Of a stretch of 32,000 nucleotides of DNA, positions 18,953 to 27,140 are shown in pieces. The notes beneath the pieces were generated by a model. It was given only the letters and a program-made list of their open reading frames with translations, was not told the DNA's origin and did not search any database. Positions within the stretch are counted from its first letter, which is position 1. Every line of letters starts with the position of its first letter. The DNA comes from Candidatus Karelsulcia muelleri. Lineage in GTDB: Bacteria > Bacteroidota > Bacteroidia > Flavobacteriales > Blattabacteriaceae. The stretch is from contig NZ_CP069423.1 of the NCBI RefSeq assembly GCF_016888765.1, positions 110,702-142,701 of the forward strand, given 5' to 3'. Position numbers and translations under genes: made by a program.

Positions 18953-19242
18953 TTTATCGCATGTTTTAAACAATGAGGAAAGTCTGGACACATAAGGGAT
19001 AACACAACGGGTAACACCCGTACATCGTGAGATGAGGACTAGTGCAACAGAAAGTATGTACAGTTGAGCTGTAGTGAAATCATGTAAACTCTGTGTTGTG
19101 AAATGCCAAATATACCAGCAGTATAGTAGTATAGTTCATCCCGGAACTATTTTGGGGGGTAGGCAGATCGAGATAAAAGGTAACTTTTATCCTAGATAAA
19201 TGATAAATTATCCTGAATCCGGCTTAGAAACATACTGTTTTT
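18937..19242 (+). ncRNA. rnpB: RNase P RNA (bacterial type A-like, compact)
   Basis: Conserved regions in order: GAGGAAAGTCTGGACAC, GTGCAACAGAAAGTA, GTGAAATCATGTAAACTC, AAATGCCAAATA, GGGGGGTAGGCAGATCGAGA, TCCTAGATAAATGATAAAT, GAATCCGGCTTAG. The ends pair perfectly: aaaaacagtatgtt (18937-18950) with aacatactgttttt (19229-19242). Exact mature ends uncertain. Confidence 0.94.
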
Positions 19243-20849
19243 AACAAATTTTTCTCTAGATTATTTAGATCTAAGAAGAACAATATTTTTGATTTTAAAT
19301 TTACTAAATTAGAAACTTTTAAGATTTTTTTTATTAGGTTACTTATTTCTAACGAAGCCAGCTTTGGTTTCGTTTCTAATTTGTAAAACTTGTATATATT
19401 TTTAGAGATTAATTTTTCAATTATTTTATCATTTTGGTAAAGATAAATATCATATAATAACCTATATACATATATTTTTTTTAAAAACTTAGGAGAAGAA
19501 GTAATTGAAATAGAATTTTCAAAACAGTTTATTTTAAACCCAAAATTATTTAAAATTTCTAGAATGTGTTTTTTAGTGGTTGAAGTCAAGAATTTATTCA
19601 ATTTAATATTTATCGGTGGGTATAATTTATAGCTTTGGTTAAGTTCTTTTTTAAAATTATACTCTAAAATTATTTTATAGACTCTATCTTTATGAAGAAT
19701 TAAAAGACCAAAATCTAAAAGACAGAATATATATTTTTTATAGATCTTATAAGGAAATTGGTTATCCAGAACTATCTTCTTAAGAACTTCTTGACAATTA
19801 TTATTTTGTTCCCGTTTTTTTTCTTCTTTATCTTTAGAGTAAAACTTAAAAATATTCTGTATGCCTAAATATTCTTTAATTATTAGATTTATATTTTTAC
19901 AAATTTCTGACTCTGATTTAATGAGTATTTTTTTTTTGGATTGACAAATATTAATTTCAATTTGTTTTGTTGGAATAGTAAGAAATAAAAAATAATTTGG
20001 TTTATTAGTTTTGCTTATTAGACCGTTATATGCTCTAATAATAGACTGGTGAATTCTTTTGTTTACTACGTATCTATTATTAACAAACAAATAATAATTC
20101 TTAAATTGAGTATTAAAAAAACTGGTAGAAGTGATATATCCTTTTATAAGAAATAATTTGTCTTTTTTAAAAACTTGGATTAAGACATTTTTATAAGCTT
20201 CGCCAAAAATTTGAAGAATTCTATATTTTAGATATGAGGTTTTAAAACTGGTAATTATCTTATTATTATGCATCATAACAAAATTAATATCAGGGTGTGA
20301 AAGAACTATCTTATTAAATTCTGAGATGATATATCTTAATTCTATATGGGCAGATTTTAAAAAGTTTTTTCTATTGGTGAAATTGTAAAATAAGTTTTTC
20401 ACATATATACTAGTACCATTTAATAAATTATTTAATAATACAGGGGGATATTTAAGCTTTTGATTTTCTAATGTTAAGAAGGCTCCAAATTCGGAGTTGT
20501 GTTTTTTAGTGTATATTTCTACCTGGCTAACTAAAGAAATATAGTATAAAGCTTCCCCTCGAAAGCCTTTAGTATTTAGTGATTTTATATCTTTAAGAGA
20601 AGATAGTTTTGAAGTATAAAATCTCCTAATACTATTTTTCGCTTCTAAATGATTCATGCCATCACCATCATCTATAACATTAATTAAATCTTTCCCACCA
20701 TTCAATAAGATTAATTTAATATTTTTTGCATGTGCATCAATTGAGTTTTCTAATAATTCTTTTACTACTGAAGCCGGTCTTTTAATTACATATCCTGCTG
20801 AAATTTTATTTGAATCTTGTGTGGGGATAATTTTAATGGTATTTTTCAT
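19224..20849 (-). CDS. mutL: DNA mismatch repair protein MutL (divergent)
   Basis: N-terminal GHKL ATPase signature IKIIPTQDSNKISAGYVIKRPASVVKELLENSIDAHAKNI...GGKDLINVIDDGDGM...TSKLSSLKDI...GFRGEALYYIS. Confidence 0.9.
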   Translation of the reverse strand: MKNTIKIIPTQDSNKISAGYVIKRPASVVKELLENSIDAHAKNIKLILLNGGKDLINVIDDGDGMNHLEAKNSIRRFYTSKLSSLKDIKSLNTKGFRGEALYYISLVSQVEIYTKKHNSEFGAFLTLENQKLKYPPVLLNNLLNGTSIYVKNLFYNFTNRKNFLKSAHIELRYIISEFNKIVLSHPDINFVMMHNNKIITSFKTSYLKYRILQIFGEAYKNVLIQVFKKDKLFLIKGYITSTSFFNTQFKNYYLFVNNRYVVNKRIHQSIIRAYNGLISKTNKPNYFLFLTIPTKQIEINICQSKKKILIKSESEICKNINLIIKEYLGIQNIFKFYSKDKEEKKREQNNNCQEVLKKIVLDNQFPYKIYKKYIFCLLDFGLLILHKDRVYKIILEYNFKKELNQSYKLYPPINIKLNKFLTSTTKKHILEILNNFGFKINCFENSISITSSPKFLKKIYVYRLLYDIYLYQNDKIIEKLISKNIYKFYKLETKPKLASLEISNLIKKILKVSNLVNLKSKILFFLDLNNLEKNLLKTVCF

Positions 20850-20880
20850 AAGAACTAACTAACTAACTCTATAAACCAAA

Positions 20881-22347
20881 CTAAGATTTTAAACGCATTT
20901 GTGGAAAAAATAAGACCTCCTGAATATTTATTTGTTTAGTAAATAACATGATTAAACGATCAATCCCAAAGCCTATTCCAGTACAAGGAGGCATACCATA
21001 TTCTAATGACAGAATAAAGTCTTTATCTATTAACATATTTTCAGATTCAACTTTATTATATAATTTAATTTGTCTTTTAAATCTCTTTAATTGATCAATT
21101 GGATCATTTAATTCTGAATAAGAATTCGCTATTTCAACCCCATGAATTATTAATTCATATCTTTCAGATAAACCATTTTTAAAGCGATGTTTTTTAGCTA
21201 ATGGACTCATCTCAATGGGAAAATCAATTATAAAAGTTGGTTGAATAATTTTTTTTTCACATTTTTGACTGAAGATTTGATCGAGAAGTTGTCCTTTTTT
21301 CATCTTATTATCAATCTTCACATTTATTTCATTACATATTTTTCTAATTTCAGTTTCAATAAGATTCCTTAGGTCAAATCCAGTATAAATTTTAAGAGCT
21401 TCAAAAAAAGTAATTTGTTGAAATTGTAAAATAAGAGATGGTTTCCCTACTTTGGAAAATTTTAAACAAAGTTTTTTGAAAAACTTTTCAGTAAATTTCA
21501 TCATCCAATAATAATCTTTATATGCTACGTATAATTCTAGAATTGTAAATTCTGGATTATGAGTTTTATCTATTCCCTCATTTCTAAAATTTCTAGAAAA
21601 CTCATAAACTTTTTCTAAACCTCCAACTAGTAATTTTTTTAAATATAATTCATTTGAAATTCTTAAATAGAATGTACTTTTTAAGGTGTTATGATATGTA
21701 ATAAATGGTCTTGCTATAGCACCACCCGGAATAGCTTGTAAAATAGGAGTTTCAACTTCTAAATAATTTCTTTTATTTAAATAATTTCTTATAAAACTTA
21801 TAATTTTAATACGTGTTAAAAATACAGTTTTAATTTCGTCATTAACGATCAAATCAACATATTTCATTCTATGTCGTTTTTCATTATTAGAAAAAGAATC
21901 AAAAGTATTTCCCGATTTATCTGTTTTTACGTTTGGTAAAGTATGTAGACATTTAGATAATAAATTGAGTTTTTTTGCATATACAGAAATTTTGTGTTTT
22001 TTAGTTTTGAATAAATAACCTTTCACCCATATTATATCTCCGATATCTAAAAGTTTTTTGAAAAAAAAATTGTATATATTTTTTTCAGTATAAAAATTAT
22101 TTATGGATATATAAATTTGTATCAAACCTTCTTTATCTTTTATTTCAATAAAAGAAGCTTTTCCCATTATTCTAATTCTAATAATTCTACCAGCAACAAG
22201 AACCTTTTTATTTTTGTTGTAATTATTAATTATTTGTTTTGAATTTGAAGTGATTGGATATTCTTCAGAAGGATAAGGATTAATATTTATTTGGTTTAAT
22301 TTTTTAAGCTTTTTTATTCTAATCAAATTTTGTTCAGAATTTCTCAT
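20881..22347 (-). CDS. lysS: Lysine--tRNA ligase (class II)
   Basis: Class II motifs; KTHKISVYAKKLNLLSKCLHTLPNV...RYVDLIVN...FLNKRNYLEVETPILQAIPGGAIARPF...FYLRISNELYLKKLLVGGLEKVYEFSRNFRNEGIDKTHNPEFT...GMPPCTGIGFGIDRLIML. Confidence 0.96.
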   Translation of the reverse strand: MRNSEQNLIRIKKLKKLNQININPYPSEEYPITSNSKQIINNYNKNKKVLVAGRIIRIRIMGKASFIEIKDKEGLIQIYISINNFYTEKNIYNFFFKKLLDIGDIIWVKGYLFKTKKHKISVYAKKLNLLSKCLHTLPNVKTDKSGNTFDSFSNNEKRHRMKYVDLIVNDEIKTVFLTRIKIISFIRNYLNKRNYLEVETPILQAIPGGAIARPFITYHNTLKSTFYLRISNELYLKKLLVGGLEKVYEFSRNFRNEGIDKTHNPEFTILELYVAYKDYYWMMKFTEKFFKKLCLKFSKVGKPSLILQFQQITFFEALKIYTGFDLRNLIETEIRKICNEINVKIDNKMKKGQLLDQIFSQKCEKKIIQPTFIIDFPIEMSPLAKKHRFKNGLSERYELIIHGVEIANSYSELNDPIDQLKRFKRQIKLYNKVESENMLIDKDFILSLEYGMPPCTGIGFGIDRLIMLFTKQINIQEVLFFPQMRLKS

Positions 22348-22360
22348 TCAAATAATATTA

Positions 22361-22434
22361 AGACCTTGAAGGGAGTTGAACCCTTACTCTTCTGATCCGT
22401 AGTCAGATGCTTTATCCAATTAAGCTACAAGGCC
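22361..22434 (-). tRNA. tRNA-Arg(ACG)
   Basis: Reverse complement folds as a cloverleaf: GGCCTTG TA GCTT..AAGC A TCTGA CTACGGA TCAGA AGAGT AAGGG TTCAACT CCCTT CAAGGTC T, anticodon ACG. Confidence 0.95.
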
Positions 22435-22556
22435 AAGTATAGCAAGGTAAAATGTTTCTAATATAGACTTTCATAAAAAAGAAAAAGTTAAAATACTACT
22501 TAGTAGTTAATTAGAAGGCTAGAATTAGATTTAGATATTAAGAAAGAAAGAACCCA

Positions 22557-23552
22557 ATGAAACCAATTACTAATGAGATATATTTGAAATGGTATAAAGA
22601 TATGTCGTTTTGGAGAAAATTTGAAGAAAAATGCAGATCATTATATTTAAAACAAAAAATAAGTGGTTTTCTCCATTTATATAGTGGTCAAGAAGCTATA
22701 CCTGCCGGTATTACTTATGTAATGGATCTAAAAAAAGATAATCTGATTACAGGGTATAGATGTCATATTCTTGCTTTAGCAATGGGAATAGACCCAAAAA
22801 AGGTAATGGCAGAATTATTTGGAAAAAAAACTGGAACTTCTTGTGGTTTAGGTGGATCTATGCATATATTTAGTAAAAAATCTCGATTTTATGGTGGCTA
22901 TGGAATTGTAGGTGGACAAATCCCATTAGGAGCAGGAATTGCCTTTGCTGATAAATACTTTAATAGAGAAGCAGTAACGGTGACATTTATGGGAGATGGT
23001 GCGATTTGGCAAGGTGCTTTACATGAAACCTTCAATATGTCCATGCTTTTAAAATTACCAGTAGTTTATATCTGCGAAAACAATAAATATGCAATGGGAA
23101 CTTCATTTCAAAAAAGTTCTTGTATTAAAAATATTTTCCAACTTGGATTAGCATACAATATGCCATCTCAATCAGTAGACGGCAGTAGCCCATTTAAAAT
23201 TGCTAAAGCAGTAGACAAAGCTATTAAGAGAGCGAAAAATGGAAAAGGACCTACTTTTTTAGAAATATTAACTTATAGGTATAGGGGACATTCAATGTCT
23301 GATCCTGAAAGTTATAGAACAAGAGATGAAGTAATAGCACAGAAAAAAAAGGATCCAATTTTAAAAATTAAAAACAAAATATTAGAAAGAAAACTTCTGA
23401 ATAAAAAGTTATTAAAAGCGTTGGATTTAGAATTAATAAAAAAAATAGATGAATGTGTTGTATTTGCAGAAAATTCTGATTATCCACCCCAAAAAACTAT
23501 GTATAATGTGGTTTATTCTCAAAAAAAATATCCTTTTTTAAAAGAAAAGTAA
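22557..23552 (+). CDS. pdhA: Pyruvate dehydrogenase E1 component, alpha subunit
   Basis: SGFLHLYSGQEAIPAGI, GTSCGLGGSMHIFSKKSRFYGGYGIVGGQIPLGAGIAFA, FMGDGAIWQGALHETFNM, CENNKYAMGT, YRYRGHSMSDPESYR. Confidence 0.96.
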   Translation: MKPITNEIYLKWYKDMSFWRKFEEKCRSLYLKQKISGFLHLYSGQEAIPAGITYVMDLKKDNLITGYRCHILALAMGIDPKKVMAELFGKKTGTSCGLGGSMHIFSKKSRFYGGYGIVGGQIPLGAGIAFADKYFNREAVTVTFMGDGAIWQGALHETFNMSMLLKLPVVYICENNKYAMGTSFQKSSCIKNIFQLGLAYNMPSQSVDGSSPFKIAKAVDKAIKRAKNGKGPTFLEILTYRYRGHSMSDPESYRTRDEVIAQKKKDPILKIKNKILERKLLNKKLLKALDLELIKKIDECVVFAENSDYPPQKTMYNVVYSQKKYPFLKEK

Positions 23553-23561
23553 CTTAAAAAA

Positions 23562-24656
23562 ATGGCAGAGATAATTTACATGCCACGTTTAAGTGATACT
23601 ATGAAAGCAGGTACAATAGTCAAATGGTATAAAAAAGTAGGAGAAAAAGTATTAAATGGAGACCTGTTAGCAGAAATAGAAACAGATAAAGCGATTCAAG
23701 AATTTGAATCCGAATATAATGCTACTTTACTTTATATCGGAGTTAAAGAAGGAGAAAAAGCAAAAGTAAATGATATATTGGCTATTATGGGTGAAAGAAA
23801 TGAAAATATAGATTATTTAATAAAGAAGAAGAAGAAGAAAAAAATTTTAGTATCCCCATTAGCAAAAAAAATAGCTTTAGAAGAAGGTATCCAATTAAAA
23901 ACTTTAAAAGGAAGTGGACCAAAAAACAGAATTGTTAAAAAAGACCTAATAAAACTTCTCAAAACAAAACAAAATAAAAAATATAATATTAAAAATATTT
24001 CTAATATAAGGAAAATCATTACTGAACGCTTATTAAAATCAAAAAAGATTTCTCCACATTATTATTTATTTCTCGAAGTTACTGCAGAGAATTTAATAAA
24101 ATTTAAAAAGTATATTAATAAAAAATATACTAGTAAAATTTCTTTTAATGATTTAATAGTGAAAGCTACTGCTTTATCACTTAAAAAAAATAAAACCATA
24201 AATTCTTCATTGAAGAAAGAAAGGATTATATATCACCAAGATATTAATATAGGTATTGCCGTTTCCTTACCAGAAGGACTAATTGTACCGGTAATAAATA
24301 ACGTTGAAAAAAAATCTTTCATAAAAATTTCAAAAGAAATAAAAGAAAAAATAGAAAGATATAGAAATAGAAAAATTACTAAAACAGACCTCGAAGGAAG
24401 TACTTTTACAATTTCTAATTTAGGGATGTTTGGGATAGATTGTTTTACTTCTATAATAAATCAACCTAATTCGAGTATTTTATCAGTAGGAAGTATTCAA
24501 AGAAAACCTATAATTGATAAAAACAAAATAAAAATAGGAAATACTATAAAATTTACTTTAGCTTGTGATCATAGAATTATAGATGGTGCAGTAGGTAGTA
24601 CCTTTTTACTTACTTTAAAAGAATACTTGTTAGAACCAATAACTATGTTAATTTAG
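23562..24656 (+). CDS. Pyruvate dehydrogenase E2 (dihydrolipoamide acetyltransferase), short form
   Basis: Single lipoyl domain (GDLLAEIETDKAIQEFESEYNATLLYIGVKEG), peripheral subunit-binding domain (VSPLAKKIALEEGIQLKTLKGSGPKNRIVKKDL) and catalytic CDHRIIDGAVGS; immediately downstream of pdhA. Confidence 0.93.
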   Translation: MAEIIYMPRLSDTMKAGTIVKWYKKVGEKVLNGDLLAEIETDKAIQEFESEYNATLLYIGVKEGEKAKVNDILAIMGERNENIDYLIKKKKKKKILVSPLAKKIALEEGIQLKTLKGSGPKNRIVKKDLIKLLKTKQNKKYNIKNISNIRKIITERLLKSKKISPHYYLFLEVTAENLIKFKKYINKKYTSKISFNDLIVKATALSLKKNKTINSSLKKERIIYHQDINIGIAVSLPEGLIVPVINNVEKKSFIKISKEIKEKIERYRNRKITKTDLEGSTFTISNLGMFGIDCFTSIINQPNSSILSVGSIQRKPIIDKNKIKIGNTIKFTLACDHRIIDGAVGSTFLLTLKEYLLEPITMLI

Positions 24657-25078
24657 AAGTTTTTAGGAATCTGTTTTAAGAACTCTATGCCATCATTTTT
24701 AAATTCGAAAATAATTGTTTTAATTCCATTTGTAAGAACGAGATATTGGCTTTTGAATCTCAAATAATATTTCATTATTTGATCAAAAGATTTAGATGAA
24801 ATCTTTACTTCAGGAGATTTACATTCAACTATCAGAAATGGTCTGTTTTTTTTAATAACTAGAATATCTAGCCGATTTTTAATATTATAAAAAGTTGAAT
24901 TGAATTCGACATATATTTCCTGAACCTTATAGCCTCTATTTTTTATTAGATAATAAATTATCTTTTGTCTCACTAATTCTTCTTTAGTTAAAAGATAATA
25001 TTTTTTTCTAATTAAGCAAAAAACGTACCTTTTCCCATTAAATGTTTTTAGCTTATTTTTTAGCTTAAATTTATTCAA
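24653..25078 (-). CDS. Conserved Bacteroidota protein with HsdR-N-like / PD-(D/E)XK nuclease-like core
   Basis: IRKKYYLLTKEELVRQKIIYYLIKNRGY...NRLDILVIKKNRPFLIVECKSPEVKISSKSFDQIMKYYLRFKSQYLVLTNG. It resembles the 'type I restriction enzyme HsdR N-terminal domain' proteins commonly next to holA in Bacteroidota. No ATG is available at the homologous start; TTG at 25078 is proposed. The ORF-track start at 25288 lies antisense inside holA. Confidence 0.75.
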   Translation of the reverse strand: MNKFKLKNKLKTFNGKRYVFCLIRKKYYLLTKEELVRQKIIYYLIKNRGYKVQEIYVEFNSTFYNIKNRLDILVIKKNRPFLIVECKSPEVKISSKSFDQIMKYYLRFKSQYLVLTNGIKTIIFEFKNDGIEFLKQIPKNF

Positions 25079-25109
25079 TATATTGTAATTTGTAATTTCT
25101 TGTTTTATT

Positions 25110-25961
25110 ATGATTACAAATCTTAAAATTAAAGAAATTAAACCAATTTCTATTTTTATAGGTGAAGAAGAATATCTTATAAAAGAATATATAGAAGAGA
25201 TAGAGAAGCTTTTAAAGCACAGGAGAAAAAAATATTCTAAAGCTATTATAGAAATAAAAGAAAAAATAGAAAGATATAGAATAACCAATATTTTAGAACA
25301 ACTTTACACTCTTACTCTTATTAAAGAATATAAGTTAATTATTATTAAAAATTCGCAATATCTAAGCTTAGATAACTTAGAAAAATTACTAAAACAGACC
25401 TCGAAAAGAAATATTTTAATTTTTTGTATTAATTTCGTAATTCCCTCACGTAATTTAGAATTTTATAATTGTCTTAAACAAAAAACAAATAACAACATAG
25501 AAATTCTAAATAATAAAAAATTAACTTTTGGGGAAATTTTTTATTTAGTAAAAAGAAAAATAAAAAAAATAGGATTAAAGATAAATGAAATAACAGTAAA
25601 AAAACTGATACAATCTGTTGATTGTAACTTATTTATGCTCGAAAATGAGTTAAACAAATTCCAAATAAGATTTAATACTGCTACTGCTAATAAGAAGAAT
25701 ACTGAATGGAAAATGATTTTAAATCTGCTTGAAAGACACCCCCTAACTTTAATATTAAATAAAATATATAAACTATACTTAGACAAATTTATGAATTATA
25801 ATAATAATGAAGAAAAATTTAAGAAAATAGCTAATTTAGTTTTTCTACTAAAAGAAGCCGATAAAAAAAATAAAAGCTATTTTTTAAAAAAGGAAGAAAT
25901 AATGAAAGAACTAATTTATAAAATATGTCAAATAGAGAAAGAGAAAGCTTTGATTGTATAA
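25110..25961 (+). CDS. holA: DNA polymerase III subunit delta
   Basis: N-terminal IKPISIFIGEEEYLIKEYIEEI matches the delta-subunit P-loop-like region; the remainder is divergent. Supported by neighbour context. Confidence 0.75.
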   Translation: MITNLKIKEIKPISIFIGEEEYLIKEYIEEIEKLLKHRRKKYSKAIIEIKEKIERYRITNILEQLYTLTLIKEYKLIIIKNSQYLSLDNLEKLLKQTSKRNILIFCINFVIPSRNLEFYNCLKQKTNNNIEILNNKKLTFGEIFYLVKRKIKKIGLKINEITVKKLIQSVDCNLFMLENELNKFQIRFNTATANKKNTEWKMILNLLERHPLTLILNKIYKLYLDKFMNYNNNEEKFKKIANLVFLLKEADKKNKSYFLKKEEIMKELIYKICQIEKEKALIV

Positions 25962-26869
25962 TTATAGGCAGTGGTCCGGCAGGATATACAGCAGCAATTT
26001 ATTTAGCTCGTGCAGAAAGAAAACACATTCTTTTTACGGGCTTTAAACCAGGTGGACAATTGATATCAACTAATAAAGTAGAAAATTATCCTGGTTTTCC
26101 TAATGGAGTATCTGGTTACAAATTAATGGAAGCTTTTAAAGCACAAAGCGAAAGATTCGGCACTAAAGTAAAAGATAATAGTGTAGTAAAAATTAATTTT
26201 AATATAATAAAAAATTTGCATGAAGTTATCTTAGATAATTATTTAAAAATAAAAACCAAAGCGCTAATTATAGCAACTGGAGCTTCTCCTAGATATTTAA
26301 ATATTGAGAATGAAAATCAATTAATAGGAAAGGGTATTTCTACCTGTGCCAATTGTGATGGCTTTTTTTTTAAAGGGAAAAAAGTAGCAGTAATTGGTGG
26401 CGGTGACAAAGCAGCAGAAGAATCTATTTATTTATCTAATCTTTGTAAAAAAGTATATCTAATAATAAGAGATAAAAAAATGAAAGCTTCAAAAATAATG
26501 CAAAAAAAAGTTTTAAACATTAAAAATGTTGAAATATTTTATGCTCATAAAGTTATAAAACTAATTGGAGTAAAAAAACTAAAAGCTATTGTTTGTAAAA
26601 ACAGAAAACATAATAATAATTCCTTATTTAAGGTGGCAGCTATGTTTTTAGCTATTGGGCAAATTCCAAATAGTCTTATTTGTAAACCAACTCTAAAATT
26701 AGATAAATCTGGATATATAATTACAAAATATACAATTACTAATATTCCTGGAATATTTGCAGCAGGAGATGTACAAGACTCAAGATATCGACAGGCTATC
26801 ACCTCGGCTGGATCAGGTTGTATGTCTGCAATAGAGGTAGAAAAATACCTTCAAGAAAAAGCAGATTAG
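25925..26869 (+). CDS. trxB: Thioredoxin reductase (TrxB-like)
   Basis: FDCIIIGSGPAGYTAAIYLARAERKHILFTG, FPGFPNGVSGYKLMEAFKAQSERFG, GKGISTCANCDGFFFKGKKVAVIGGGDKAAEES, IPGIFAAGDVQDSRYRQAITSAGSGCMSAIEVEKYL. Confidence 0.92.
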   Translation: MSNRERESFDCIIIGSGPAGYTAAIYLARAERKHILFTGFKPGGQLISTNKVENYPGFPNGVSGYKLMEAFKAQSERFGTKVKDNSVVKINFNIIKNLHEVILDNYLKIKTKALIIATGASPRYLNIENENQLIGKGISTCANCDGFFFKGKKVAVIGGGDKAAEESIYLSNLCKKVYLIIRDKKMKASKIMQKKVLNIKNVEIFYAHKVIKLIGVKKLKAIVCKNRKHNNNSLFKVAAMFLAIGQIPNSLICKPTLKLDKSGYIITKYTITNIPGIFAAGDVQDSRYRQAITSAGSGCMSAIEVEKYLQEKAD

Positions 26870-27140
26870 ATACTTTGATCAGCCGTCTTTGGACTTATTT
26901 CCAGTCTGAAGTATTTTCCAAATAGCTAATTAAAGTAGCAGTTTTAATTAAGAAGTATTTCTTAAAACAGATTTCTTTATTTCAGGGGTTGAACTAGAAG
27001 GTTCGAGGAATTATATCCTAATTATTAAAATATTATTTTTTAATTATTATTTATATAAGAATATAAAATATATAGAAATAATTCTGAGAATAATATAAAA
27101 TATCAAGAAACAATTGTAAATAACCTTTTTTTCTTTCATT

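Noticed and set aside
25079-25288. N-terminal hydrophobic extension of the 211-aa (-) ORF
   Set aside because: This part is antisense to the start of holA and has no counterpart in the HsdR-N-like family; the real start is likely near 25078.
26970-27010. 'gggttgaactagaaggttcgagg' considered as a tRNA or tmRNA 3' end
   Set aside because: No pairing T-stem around TTCGA and no acceptor stem partner, on either strand.
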